This document shows positions 28,153-37,561 of a stretch of DNA of 64,000 nucleotides, one piece after another. How positions within the stretch are numbered: position 1 is the stretch's first letter; each line of letters opens with the position of its first letter. Origin of the DNA: Gemmatimonadota bacterium (lineage in GTDB: Bacteria; Gemmatimonadota; Gemmatimonadetes; Gemmatimonadales; GWC2-71-9); contig JBDHAB010000005.1 in the NCBI GenBank assembly GCA_039588295.1, positions 1 to 64,000 of the forward strand. Direction: 5' to 3'. The notes below the pieces were generated by a model. The model was not told the DNA's origin, ran no database searches, and worked only from the letters and a program-made list of their open reading frames with translations. Both the position numbers and the translations under genes were made by a program.

Positions 28153-29529
28153 TTACGGTTGTGTCGGCTCCGAAATGCGAGGCGACCATGCCGGCAATCT
28201 CGCGTCCCCGACGGTCGTGAGCTGACGGACTCTTCCAGTTTCGATATCCATGACCCAAATCTGACGCCTTCCCGTTCGACTCGAAATGAACGCGACGTGC
28301 CTCCCATCGGGCGCCCACGTCGGATCTTCGTTGCGACCCGCGCTGGTCAGTTGACGGACCACCCGAGAGCGCGTGTCCATCACGAAGACCTGCGGACTTC
28401 CGGCGACGTCGCGGTGAAAGGCGAGTTGCATACCGTCCGGCGACCACTCCGGCGCATTGGAGCTGCCGGTTACTCCGTAGTCGAACGGCGCGAACAGCTC
28501 CTGACCCGTCCCGTCCACCGACATCACATAGATCTGCGGAAGCCCGACCCTGTTCGACACGAACGCAATCTGGCGTCCGTCCGGGCTGAACGTGGGAGAT
28601 AGGTTATCGGAAAACCTCCCTACCGTCAAGCGCTCTAAGCAACAGTCACGTGCGAGGTTATAGCGATACACGTCGGTCCCCCCCTCGCCACTGCGCGTGA
28701 ACGCGATGCTCTCGCCGTCCGGGGCGAAGGCCGCGGTGTAGTTGAGGAGCTCCGCCGTAGGGCGCACGGTGCGCTCGGAACCCGTGCCGACCCCGTGCAT
28801 CACGAGCCGACCCCAGCCACTCGCCAGCGCGGTATAGACGAGCTGAGCTCCCGACGGGTGCCACGCGGGCGAGAACGCGGTCACCCCCGCAGGGGAAACC
28901 GCCGTGAGCGCCGCACCGTCCGCATCGATGCGGTGCAGGGTGCCATGCTGAATGAAGAGGAGGCGGGAAGCGGCAAACCCCGGCTCGCCCGTCGCCGCCC
29001 GCAGGACCTCGTCGGCCGCCCGATGCACCGCCAGGCGGAACGCGGGCGCCGACGGATCGGTCACCGTGAGCGGGATCCGCCCTCGCTGAGTTTCCCCACG
29101 GACGTCATAGACCGTCACGGCCAGCTCGCTGGAATCCCGCCCTGGCAGCACCGCCACCGAGAAATCGGCCCCGAGGGCAATGTACAGCGAGTAGTTGACG
29201 AATACGTCGTCGGTCGCGCTCACCACTGGTCCGGCGGCCCCCCCGCGCGTGGCCGAGACGCCCAGCACGATGCTGTCGCCACCCGGCAGCGTGATCATCT
29301 CGAACTGATCACTGTAGTCCAAATCACGGCGCAGGATTGCGCGCACGGAATCCAAGAGCGCCGTGCGCGCTCCGCCCAGCACCAGCATTCCGGGACGCAT
29401 CCCAGGCGTGTAGGTAATGCCGATCCGCACACCCTGCTCGACCGGAGGTACCGTGTCTTGCGCCAGAGCGAGACCGGGCACTGCCAGCAACCCCAGCAAG
29501 ACAAACGACCGAGTGAGATAACGTGTCAT
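28153..29529 (-). CDS. tolB: TolB-like beta-propeller periplasmic protein
   Basis: Signal peptide ALA-Q; ILRRDLDYSDQF TolB_N-like; repeated P.FSPDG/P.WSPDG PD40 repeats; ATG 29529 overlaps the upstream stop. Confidence 0.9.
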   Translation of the reverse strand: MTRYLTRSFVLLGLLAVPGLALAQDTVPPVEQGVRIGITYTPGMRPGMLVLGGARTALLDSVRAILRRDLDYSDQFEMITLPGGDSIVLGVSATRGGAAGPVVSATDDVFVNYSLYIALGADFSVAVLPGRDSSELAVTVYDVRGETQRGRIPLTVTDPSAPAFRLAVHRAADEVLRAATGEPGFAASRLLFIQHGTLHRIDADGAALTAVSPAGVTAFSPAWHPSGAQLVYTALASGWGRLVMHGVGTGSERTVRPTAELLNYTAAFAPDGESIAFTRSGEGGTDVYRYNLARDCCLERLTVGRFSDNLSPTFSPDGRQIAFVSNRVGLPQIYVMSVDGTGQELFAPFDYGVTGSSNAPEWSPDGMQLAFHRDVAGSPQVFVMDTRSRVVRQLTSAGRNEDPTWAPDGRHVAFISSRTGRRQIWVMDIETGRVRQLTTVGDARLPAWSPRISEPTQP

Positions 29530-30230
29530 CGGACCTTGGATGGGTCGAAGAAGAAGCTCACTGGCAGCACATCGGCGGGATACCCCTCGGGAAGGGGACC
29601 GAACGCATTGGCGTTCGCTGCTGCCTCGATCGCGCCCTGTGCCTCGAGGTCGAAGCCAAAGCTTCCGGATCGGGTGAGGAACTGGAAATTGGAGATGGAA
29701 CCGTCGCGGTGAATGAAGAACTGCACCTCGGCCCGGAGCGAAACGTTGCCCTCGGGTCGCCGCCAGCGGCGATGCACCTGAGCGACGATGTTTCGCAAGT
29801 ACTCCGGATGCTGAAAGTCGATCCCGCTCGTGCTGACCGTGACCGGATCGGAGCCGGTGGAGGGCTCGACGTCGGGTGCCGGTTCCTCCGGCGGCGTGGT
29901 GCGTGGCGCCGGTTCTGTCTCGTCCGGTTGCAGCGTCGGCGGTGGTGGCGTCTCCGAGACCGATGTCCGGCGCGGGCGCTCGGTCGCGACCGGGGCCGGC
30001 TGCTCGGCGGGGCGTTGCACCGTCTCGGGCGCCCGGCGGCGCTGCGGCTCGGGCCGCGGCGCCGCGACGAGTTGCACCGCATAGACCGGCGGGGCGACGC
30101 GTCTCACCAAGGAAGGGGAGGAGAACAGCCCCGCGGCGGCAACGACGTGAATCCCCAGCGTGGCAGCCACGGCGGCACCAGCCGAACCATCTCGCCGCCG
30201 TCGCCGTCGACTCGTCCGCCGGAGCCTCAT
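29526..30230 (-). CDS. TolA/TonB-like energy transducer
   Basis: TM helix with His (TLGIHV), Pro-rich spacer, TonB_C-like C-terminus (YLRNIVAQVHRRW, FFIHRDGSI, SGSFGFDLEA, FGPLP). Confidence 0.85.
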   Translation of the reverse strand: MRLRRTSRRRRRRDGSAGAAVAATLGIHVVAAAGLFSSPSLVRRVAPPVYAVQLVAAPRPEPQRRRAPETVQRPAEQPAPVATERPRRTSVSETPPPPTLQPDETEPAPRTTPPEEPAPDVEPSTGSDPVTVSTSGIDFQHPEYLRNIVAQVHRRWRRPEGNVSLRAEVQFFIHRDGSISNFQFLTRSGSFGFDLEAQGAIEAAANANAFGPLPEGYPADVLPVSFFFDPSKVR

Positions 30231-30646
30231 CGCCCGATCTCCTCCGCCTCCGCCACAAGCCCCACATTCTGAATCCCCGCAGCTCGAATGACCGCAACGA
30301 CGCGCAGGACCTGTCCGTAGTTCGCACGTTCGTCACCACGAACGTACACGCCCTCTGGCTGGCGGGCGGCGACCATGGCCGGAAACGCGGCCCGGAAGTC
30401 CTCATACGAAAGCGCGGTCTCGTCCACGAAGATCTGCCCGCTCCGATCGACGGACACCCACAGTCCCTCCCTCGGCTGCAGCGGCCGCGCCTCTGCTCGC
30501 GGCAGCTGAACGTCGACACCACCCTGCATGATTGGCGCGGTGATCATGAATATGATGAGGAGGACGAACGCGACGTCGACCAGCGAGGTGACGTTGATGT
30601 CTGACGTAGGCTGAAGCTGCCCGCGGCGAAATCCGAGGCCACGCAT
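30227..30646 (-). CDS. tolR: TolR/ExbD family protein
   Basis: INVTSLVDVAFVLLIIFMITAP, VDVQLP, VRGDERANYG. Confidence 0.92.
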   Translation of the reverse strand: MRGLGFRRGQLQPTSDINVTSLVDVAFVLLIIFMITAPIMQGGVDVQLPRAEARPLQPREGLWVSVDRSGQIFVDETALSYEDFRAAFPAMVAARQPEGVYVRGDERANYGQVLRVVAVIRAAGIQNVGLVAEAEEIGR

Positions 30647-30647
30647 C

Positions 30648-31361
30648 CTAGACCCTCCCTTCGCGCGCCATCGTCCCGACAATCTCCTGCGCAAACCCTT
30701 CGAGCTCGCCGGTGAACACTCCCAGGCGGCTCACGAACAAGTTGTAGGCAATGACCGCGGGAATGGCGACGGCGAGCCCCACCACCGTTGTCACGAGTGC
30801 CTCTGCGACGCCGGGCGCAACGGCCGAGATGTTCCCCGAACCTCCCGCGGCAATTCCGATGAACGCGTCCATGACGCCAAGCACGGTCCCCAGGAGCCCC
30901 AGCAGAGGACTGACCGAGCCAACGGTGGCCAACCATGTAATAAACCGCGCCATGAGATCGCGTTCCGCGCTGACCTCCTTTGCCAGCATCATGCGGAGGA
31001 CTTCGAGTTGGGTCGGGCTGAGCGCCGCAGCTTCAGCCCCCTTTGCTTCCTTGAGCGCCCCGGGGCGGAGCTCGGAGAAAAAGTTCACTCCCTCGCGCAG
31101 CAGCCGCCCGTACGGCGATGGCGGCAGCTTCATCACCGCGTGGTAGGCATCCTCCAAACGGCTCGTGCGCTCCAACGCGTCGAAGAACTTGTCCCCCTGC
31201 TTCCGCACGACACGGAACTGGGCCATCTTGAGCACGATCAGAAACCAGCTCACGAGCGAGAACAGGATCAGCACGCCAAGTACCGCTTTCGTTGCGCCAC
31301 TCGACGTCGTCACGAGCTCCCACGGGCTGGTTGGGAGCGCACCTCCCACCTGCAGGATCAT
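30648..31361 (-). CDS. tolQ: TolQ/ExbB (MotA family) proton channel
   Basis: LATVGSVSPLLGLLGTVLG, VAPGVAEALVTT..GL.VAIPA...YN. Confidence 0.92.
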   Translation of the reverse strand: MILQVGGALPTSPWELVTTSSGATKAVLGVLILFSLVSWFLIVLKMAQFRVVRKQGDKFFDALERTSRLEDAYHAVMKLPPSPYGRLLREGVNFFSELRPGALKEAKGAEAAALSPTQLEVLRMMLAKEVSAERDLMARFITWLATVGSVSPLLGLLGTVLGVMDAFIGIAAGGSGNISAVAPGVAEALVTTVVGLAVAIPAVIAYNLFVSRLGVFTGELEGFAQEIVGTMAREGRV

Positions 31362-32308
31362 GCCGCTTCCTCCCGGATCCACTCATACGTTCGCCTGAGT
31401 CCGTCTTGCAGCTGCACCTCGGGCCGCCATCCCCAGGCGCGGCCGGCCTTTGCCACACTCACCGCACTGCGCTGGAGCTCCCCGGCTCGAGCCGTAGCGT
31501 GCCGGATGGGGCCGTCGGTGCCGGCCGCCGCGAGCATGGTCGTTGCGAGCTGCTTCACGCTCGTCTCGACCGCAGTTCCAACGTTGAAGGCCGTGTCGTC
31601 CACCGACTTCACCGCGGGAGGCATCCACGCAGTCGCCGCAAGGTTGGCGTTCACCACATCGTCCACATAGACATAGTCCCGCGTCTGGGCTCCATCTCCG
31701 AATATCGTCAGGGGCTCCCTGCGGCGGATCCGGTTTCCGAAGATTGCCACGACCCCAGCTTCACCGTGTGGATTCTGCCGCGGTCCGTACACGTTAGCAT
31801 ACCGCAGCGATACCGTGTTGAGACCGTGGAGTTGGGCGTAGACGGCCAGGTAGTACTCGGATGCGAGCTTGCTCACTCCATATGGGGATACCGGAAACTT
31901 GGGGGCGCCCTCCGGGTGTGGCAGATCTTCACTCTCCCCGTACACCACCCCTCCCGACGAGGCGAAGATAACGGCCCGTACCCCACCCTCCCGGGCACCC
32001 TCGAGGAGATTTAATAGGCCAAGCTGGTTGGTCCGTGCGTCAAACGTCGGATCCGCCACCGACGCGCGGACGTCCATCTGCGCCGCGTGATGATTGAGCA
32101 CCGAGAAGCCACCGTCGGCCAGCAGCTTCCTCGCCGCCTCGGAACCTACATCGGCCTGCACGAACTCGGCAGCTTCGGGGACGTTCTCGAGCCGTCCAGA
32201 GGAAAGGTCGTCGAGCACGGTGACCCGAAACCCCTCGGCTAGGTACCGATCCGCCACGTGCGAGCCAATGAAGCCCGCACCACCCGTAACCAGGACTCGC
32301 TCAGTCAT
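31358..32308 (-). CDS. galE: NAD-dependent epimerase (UDP-glucose 4-epimerase-like)
   Basis: TGGAGFIGSH, HHAAQMDVR.SV, SSGG, YGVSK, RYANVYGPRQ, RDYVYV. Confidence 0.85.
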   Translation of the reverse strand: MTERVLVTGGAGFIGSHVADRYLAEGFRVTVLDDLSSGRLENVPEAAEFVQADVGSEAARKLLADGGFSVLNHHAAQMDVRASVADPTFDARTNQLGLLNLLEGAREGGVRAVIFASSGGVVYGESEDLPHPEGAPKFPVSPYGVSKLASEYYLAVYAQLHGLNTVSLRYANVYGPRQNPHGEAGVVAIFGNRIRRREPLTIFGDGAQTRDYVYVDDVVNANLAATAWMPPAVKSVDDTAFNVGTAVETSVKQLATTMLAAAGTDGPIRHATARAGELQRSAVSVAKAGRAWGWRPEVQLQDGLRRTYEWIREEAA

Positions 32309-32385
32309 GTCGTGTCAGAGTCTCCCGTCACATCCTCATCTCGCCGCCGCTGCGCGGACACGGGGTTTCGTGAGAAGAATCTAGC

Positions 32386-32500
32386 CAGGACCTCGGGATT
32401 CGCGCCCGGACCATCGAAACGGGCAGACAGCGGAACGGCCGCGAATGCGGCCGTCACGCTGTCTGCTCTTGGATTGGCCGTCAGGAACCCGGCGGCCCTG
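32386..32500. other. About 115-nt extended rod-like inverted repeat between the LysM gene and galE
   Basis: Core GCAGACAGCG-ga-ACGGCCGC-gaat-GCGGCCGT-ca-CGCTGTCTGC (32423-32466) with further flanking helices. Confidence 0.6.
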
Positions 32501-32511
32501 AACGGGCCCGG

Positions 32512-33693
32512 TCACGACGGCATTTTGCGGATCAACTGGACCGGCGCACCCGCCTCGATGCCAAGGTCCATGATATTCACGATGAAACCAGTGCTGGACT
32601 GATCCCGCACGTGGACGATGCGGAGGTATGCCACAGGCTTGGGTGACGCACCTGCCTCAACACTCGGCTTCAGGACCACGAACACATCGCCGGTCGTGAC
32701 GCCCGCCGCGCGCCCGAGATCGAGGAACACGAGCTGCTGCTGATTCGCCAGCACGTTGCGCTGCCGCAGGTCGATGATCGCACCCATCATGCCGTTCTCG
32801 ACGGGCACCGGCATCACGTCTCCCGGATCGGGGAAGGCCTCGATCGGAAGAACCACTTGCCCGTCCGTGACCTGCCCGAACTGGGCAATCACTTCGGCAA
32901 CCGCACCGGTAGAGGTGATCTCGGTGACTCGGGCAATTCCGCTCGGCACCACCACCTCGCCCCAGCCAGCCAGGCGCCGCGGGAGAGCTGCGATCAGCAG
33001 CGAGTCACCCAGTTGGTACGTCGCGCCTTCAGGTGGGTAGATCGCGATCCGATCGAACATCTGCGCGAACGAACTCGCCTCGATGTTGCGCAACACCTGC
33101 TGGCCCACTCTGCCGATGACGCTTCCGAAGGGCAGCGCCTGGTCTTCGGTAAGGAAACCGGAGGAGTGGAACTCGTAGCGTCGGACCGCCCGCCGGCGGT
33201 ACGCCTCCACCCCGATGACCTCGGCGGCCATGGGTCCGCGCCGCCGGGCAAAGATCGTCGGCGCATCAGATGACGGCGGCGGCGGTGGTGCGACCGGAGG
33301 CGGCAGTGCTTCCACCCCTGGCACCTGCTCGGGCGGCCGCTCGCCGCGGAGCGCTTCAGGGACCTGCTCGACACCCGGCTCAGCCCCGATGGGCTGCCCG
33401 GGCTCCATCCCGGCTGCCATCAACGCGTCGAGCCGCAGCTCCTCACCGGGGAAGATCCAGTGCGGATCCTCGACGATGGTCGTGTTGATCCGATAGATCT
33501 CCGGCCAGAGAAACGGATCGCCAAAGTACCGAGATGCCAGATCCCAGAGCGTCTCGCCCTCGACCACGACGTGGACCGATGGCCGCTCCTGCGCGGGGAC
33601 CTCCTGCGCCCACGCCGCACCCGCAAGGACGGATGCTGCCACGCAGTACCCCGCGATCTGGCTAGAACGGAAGATCATCCTCTTCCTCATCAA
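32512..33693 (-). CDS. LysM domain protein with FlgT-C-like C-terminus (TsaP-like)
   Basis: Signal peptide AWA-Q; HVVVEGETLWDLASRYFGDPFLWPEIY..N...EDPHWIFPG; C-terminal VFLDLG..AGV..GD.F.V; start overlaps the ssb 3' end and the exact Met is uncertain. Confidence 0.78.
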   Translation of the reverse strand: MMRKRMIFRSSQIAGYCVAASVLAGAAWAQEVPAQERPSVHVVVEGETLWDLASRYFGDPFLWPEIYRINTTIVEDPHWIFPGEELRLDALMAAGMEPGQPIGAEPGVEQVPEALRGERPPEQVPGVEALPPPVAPPPPPSSDAPTIFARRRGPMAAEVIGVEAYRRRAVRRYEFHSSGFLTEDQALPFGSVIGRVGQQVLRNIEASSFAQMFDRIAIYPPEGATYQLGDSLLIAALPRRLAGWGEVVVPSGIARVTEITSTGAVAEVIAQFGQVTDGQVVLPIEAFPDPGDVMPVPVENGMMGAIIDLRQRNVLANQQQLVFLDLGRAAGVTTGDVFVVLKPSVEAGASPKPVAYLRIVHVRDQSSTGFIVNIMDLGIEAGAPVQLIRKMPS

Positions 33694-34135
33694 GCGCCTC
33701 CGGGAAGTCGTTATAGGACTCTGACGCCCCCTCAGCAGCGGCCGGCTGTGCGGCTCGATGCCGAGCGACGTCAGCGTCTTCCCCCCCTCCTCGCGGCGTC
33801 AACATCAAGAGCTCTCGAGCATTGATTTCCGTCGTATACCTGGTCTTGCCGTCCCGGTCTTCCCATGTCCGATACTCGATTCGACCCTCGATGTACACGC
33901 GGTCGCCCTTCTTGACGTACTTCTCCACCACGTCCGCGAGCTGCCGGGCGCGGCTGTTCCAGACCACCACCCGGTGCCACTCCGTCTTCTCCTGGCGCTC
34001 TCCGGCCTGGTTGGTCCAAGAGCGGCTGGTGGCAACCGACAGTGTTGCAACCCGAGCCCCATTGGCTGTGCTGCGGACCTCAGGATCGGCCCCGAGGTTA
34101 CCGATCAGCATCACCTTGTTCAGACTACGACTCAC
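33662..34135 (-). CDS. ssb: Single-stranded DNA-binding protein
   Basis: LNKVMLIGNLGADPE, TEWHRVV, KKGDRVYIEG, acidic tail EEEDDLPF; GGAGG SD before GTG 34135. Confidence 0.97.
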   Translation of the reverse strand: MSRSLNKVMLIGNLGADPEVRSTANGARVATLSVATSRSWTNQAGERQEKTEWHRVVVWNSRARQLADVVEKYVKKGDRVYIEGRIEYRTWEDRDGKTRYTTEINARELLMLTPRGGGEDADVARHRAAQPAAAEGASESYNDFPEALDEEEDDLPF

Positions 34136-34179
34136 GCCAACCTCCAAAACGCTGGGGGGTGGGACCCGGACCGGCCCAT

Positions 34180-34208
34180 ACTATAGGTGCCGCAAGTCCT
34201 TTTGTCAA
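34180..34208 (-). promoter_or_regulatory. Near-consensus sigma70 promoter for ssb and downstream genes
   Basis: Minus strand TTGACA-N17-TATAGT. Confidence 0.75.
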
Positions 34209-34271
34209 CCAAACATACGCCACTCGGACCAGGTTTTTGCATGCCTAAAAATCCCCGTCTCTGGCCGGCCG

Positions 34272-35888
34272 TTACCGACCGTCCAGAACCGAGAGTACCT
34301 CCCCGGCTTTCTGGCCAGCGCGCTGGGCGAGTGACTCCGCCTCCTTTCGCATGGCTTCGGTGTATCCTCGGTCCTCCACCTCATCGAGGTTGGTGAGCAC
34401 ATTTCGGTACGCGCCCCAAATGCCGCCCTCGAGCGCCCTGGCTCCCACCTCAAGATCGGAGCGCATCGCGACGCTGCCGTGGTGGGCAACCTCCACCATC
34501 GCGTCCCAACACCGGTCCGCGACTCGCATGGTCGCCAGCGGAATTTCGATCGCCTGTTTCAGACCGGTCTGCAAGGCAGCCTGCCGATCCCGCTTCTCCT
34601 CGTCGGTGTCGTGCGGCATACCCATCGCCTTCATGTAACCGCTGAACGCGTTGGTGTCGGCATCAATCATGGGAACGAGGTCCTGCATGGCGCGGTACAG
34701 CGGCGGGATGTTCTTTCGCATGACGCCATCCTGCGCCTCGAACTTCCGCCGACCAAAGGTCATCCGACCAACCATGGCACCCAGTGCCGCACCCATGGCG
34801 GCGATCAACGCGGACGCTGAGCCACCCCCAGGAGCCGAGCTTCTGGCACCCAGTTGCGCCACAAACGCGCGAACCGTCGAGTCGGCCAGCGGTTCATTCC
34901 CCCGATCGGCAACCAGGTACTCGATGATGCGTTGCCTGGGTTCGAACGGTGACAGCGAACCGAGCCCCAAGCGCTCGACCGCGAGGCGAATCTTCTGTTC
35001 CTCCTCGAGAATGAACAGCTGCTCCCTGTCGATGTAGAACTCTGCCGCCATCAGCATCGCTGCGAGTGGCACCAGACCCACGAGCTCCGACCCGGCCACC
35101 CCAACATGCAGGGCCTTTGCCCGCGTGACGCACGCCTCGAACGCCACGTGCGGGGGCGTAATACGGTAGTCGTCCAGGTTCATCGAGACCTGCGCAAGTT
35201 CGTACTCGTCGACGTACCAGCCGATCCCCTTGACCGCCCGGAGCATTCCCGGTTGATCGGGGCCGCGCCCCTGCTCGCGGACGTCCAGCGCGATCCGATG
35301 CGCCTGCTCCTTGGTGCCCAATACATTCACGTTGTAGGCAATCAGGAAGAACCGCGCGCCCGCCGCCGTGGCACCCCAGCGGGGCACAAACTCGGCTGGA
35401 CCGTAATCGGGTGTCCACTCGGGCTGCGTGATCTTCTCCGCCAAACCTTCGTACTCCCCGGCTCGAATGTCCTTCAGACTCTTGCGGTAGTCCCGGTCCG
35501 AGGCCGCCTCGTACAAGTAGACCGGGACGCCTAGCTCCGTCCCTGCCCTCCGACCGAACTCGCGGGCGCACGCAACGCACTCGTCCATCGACACGTTGGC
35601 GACGGGCACGAAGGGGCACACATCCATGGCGCCCATGCGTGGATGCTCGCCCCGGTGCTGGCGCATGTCGATCCGTTCCTTCGCCACCCGACCGGCCGCG
35701 AGCGCGCCTTCCACCGCCGCCTCGGGGGCACCGACGAACGTGTACACGGTCCGGTTGGTGGACCGACCGGGATCGACATCGAGCAACGAGCACCCAGGCG
35801 TCTCTCGAATCGCGTCCGCGATCGCGTCGATGACGTCCTGTTTTCGACCCTCCGAGAAGTTCGGCACGCACTCGACAATCTTCTGCAT
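34272..35888 (-). CDS. ftcd: Bifunctional glutamate formimidoyltransferase / formiminotetrahydrofolate cyclodeaminase
   Basis: VECVPNFSEG, GEHPRMGAMDVCPF, QVSMNL, SELVGLVP; C-terminal cyclodeaminase APGGGSASA...DADT.AF, SDL.VG. Confidence 0.95.
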   Translation of the reverse strand: MQKIVECVPNFSEGRKQDVIDAIADAIRETPGCSLLDVDPGRSTNRTVYTFVGAPEAAVEGALAAGRVAKERIDMRQHRGEHPRMGAMDVCPFVPVANVSMDECVACAREFGRRAGTELGVPVYLYEAASDRDYRKSLKDIRAGEYEGLAEKITQPEWTPDYGPAEFVPRWGATAAGARFFLIAYNVNVLGTKEQAHRIALDVREQGRGPDQPGMLRAVKGIGWYVDEYELAQVSMNLDDYRITPPHVAFEACVTRAKALHVGVAGSELVGLVPLAAMLMAAEFYIDREQLFILEEEQKIRLAVERLGLGSLSPFEPRQRIIEYLVADRGNEPLADSTVRAFVAQLGARSSAPGGGSASALIAAMGAALGAMVGRMTFGRRKFEAQDGVMRKNIPPLYRAMQDLVPMIDADTNAFSGYMKAMGMPHDTDEEKRDRQAALQTGLKQAIEIPLATMRVADRCWDAMVEVAHHGSVAMRSDLEVGARALEGGIWGAYRNVLTNLDEVEDRGYTEAMRKEAESLAQRAGQKAGEVLSVLDGR

Positions 35889-36031
35889 GACACCTCTCAC
35901 CGCTGCACAGCCGCCCAGGACGACCGATCTTAATACGGTATTGGGAGACGGGGTGAAGTGAACTTCGTCACGAAACCGCTGTCAACCGAGCGCACGGGTC
36001 TGGATTCAGTGCCCGAACGGAGGGGTGGTCC

Positions 36032-36466
36032 TCAGCGCCGGGCGAAAACCAACGCGTCTTCTCGGGGATTGCGATAGTACCCCTGCCGGCGCCCCACCTC
36101 ATCAAAGCCATTCTTGCGATAGAGTGCCTGCGCGCCCTCATTGGACGCTCGGACCTCCAGGAACAGGGTCTGGACCCCACAGCCCCTGAGTCGCACGCAG
36201 CCCTCGGCGAGCAGCGCTTCTGCAATCCCCTGGCGGCGGTGATCCGGGTCCACGGCGAGGTTCAGGATCTCGCCCAAGTCGGCAGCCGCACGCGCAAAGA
36301 AATAGCCAATCACCTGCCCCGACGATTCGGCAACGATCGCGAGGTCCGAGAGGATGTGGCGGAAGCTCTCGGGCGACCACGGATCGGAGAATATCCGCCG
36401 CTCGAGCGCCGCGACCGCCGGGACGTCAGCCTCCCGAGCGGTTCGAATCCGGCAGGGAACGGCCAT
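36032..36466 (-). CDS. rimI: Ribosomal-protein-alanine N-acetyltransferase RimI-like
   Basis: DPWS, EILNLAVDP.HRRQGIA, LEVRASN..AQALY...GF..VGRR.GYY..P.EDA. Confidence 0.9.
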   Translation of the reverse strand: MAVPCRIRTAREADVPAVAALERRIFSDPWSPESFRHILSDLAIVAESSGQVIGYFFARAAADLGEILNLAVDPDHRRQGIAEALLAEGCVRLRGCGVQTLFLEVRASNEGAQALYRKNGFDEVGRRQGYYRNPREDALVFARR

Positions 36467-37154
36467 GAGTCGTTTCCCAACGGTCCTCGGCCGCGGCGCG
36501 TCGGCCATAGGTCGGCTCGAACGCCTCCGCGTCCTCGACAACGCGCGTCGTGCCGGGGAGTCCAAGTAGCTCAAGCAGAGCCCGTGCGCGCGGGGCTCCT
36601 TCCGGCGGCCCAACCGGCTTCCGGCCAATCCACCGATGCACCTCGGCTGCGAAGGCGACCGCCCCGTCACCGACGGCACCGGCTGGCGTGACCGCGGTCT
36701 GCTGGATCAAATCGGTGATGGCGCCACAGCCCGGGGGCACAAGCGCGCGCATCGTGCCCTCGTCGGCGTGGTACACGGCGCCAAAGACCTCACCGCGGTA
36801 CGCATCGTACAGCGCAGCCACCGGTCCGTCGAAGAACTGCTGCCCGATCCACGCCGCGGCCATCAGCGACGGGGCCACACGCAGCACCAATTCCTCGCGA
36901 CCGGCGAGGATTCCTTTGGCGGTCGCCAGACCAATTCGCAGCCCGGTGAAGCTGCCCGGGCCGTCTCCGAGTACGACGCCGGCCAGGTCCGTGAAGTCAG
37001 CGTGGGCGAGGCGCAGCGCCTCCATCACGGCCGGCACGAGATCCGCAGCGTGGCGCCGGTCCGTGAAACCGACTTCGCTCCGCACCCGTCCGGGTGCCCC
37101 GACGGCGACGCTCCCGGCATCGGTCGCCGTCTCGATGGCGAGGTACAGGCTCAC
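36426..37154 (-). CDS. tsaB: tRNA t6A biosynthesis protein TsaB
   Basis: YLAIETAT, RHA..L.P, GPGSFTGLRIGLATAKG, DAYRGEV, EPTY; GTG overlaps the tsaE stop. Confidence 0.92.
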   Translation of the reverse strand: MSLYLAIETATDAGSVAVGAPGRVRSEVGFTDRRHAADLVPAVMEALRLAHADFTDLAGVVLGDGPGSFTGLRIGLATAKGILAGREELVLRVAPSLMAAAWIGQQFFDGPVAALYDAYRGEVFGAVYHADEGTMRALVPPGCGAITDLIQQTAVTPAGAVGDGAVAFAAEVHRWIGRKPVGPPEGAPRARALLELLGLPGTTRVVEDAEAFEPTYGRRAAAEDRWETTHGRSLPDSNRSGG

Positions 37155-37561
37155 CGGACCCGCTCCAGCCACCGTGTGGCCGAGTCGTCCGCATGCGCCA
37201 GCGCCACGTGCGCATCCGGCGGCGGCGCGAAGCGGCCCGCACGTTCCGGCCACTCGATGAGTAACAGGCGCGCATGACGCTGGAGGTTCGGGAAGTCGAG
37301 GTCCACTGCTTCCTCCGGCTCGCGCAACCGGTAACAGTCCGCGTGAACCAGCGTGCCGTGAGGTGATGCATACTCGTGGACGAGCGCGAATGACGGACTC
37401 CGCGCGCGGTCCGCTTGCGCCGCCGCCGCGACGGCTTGGACGAAGGTGGTCTTCCCCGAACCCAGTTCCCCAGTCAACCAGATGACCGATCCAGGGGCGA
37501 GTTCATGCCACAACTGAGCCGCCTGCGCTCGCAGGCCGGCCAGCGAGACCGGCTCACGCAC
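37151..37561 (-). CDS. tsaE: tRNA t6A biosynthesis ATPase TsaE
   Basis: [34 protein letters not shown]. Confidence 0.92.
   Translation of the reverse strand: MREPVSLAGLRAQAAQLWHELAPGSVIWLTGELGSGKTTFVQAVAAAAQADRARSPSFALVHEYASPHGTLVHADCYRLREPEEAVDLDFPNLQRHARLLLIEWPERAGRFAPPPDAHVALAHADDSATRWLERVR

Noticed and set aside
28153..30522. 789-aa ORF suggesting a large TolB fusion
   Set aside because: The first 330 or so residues are an Arg-rich off-frame reading over tolR and tolA. The real start is ATG 29529, which has a signal peptide.
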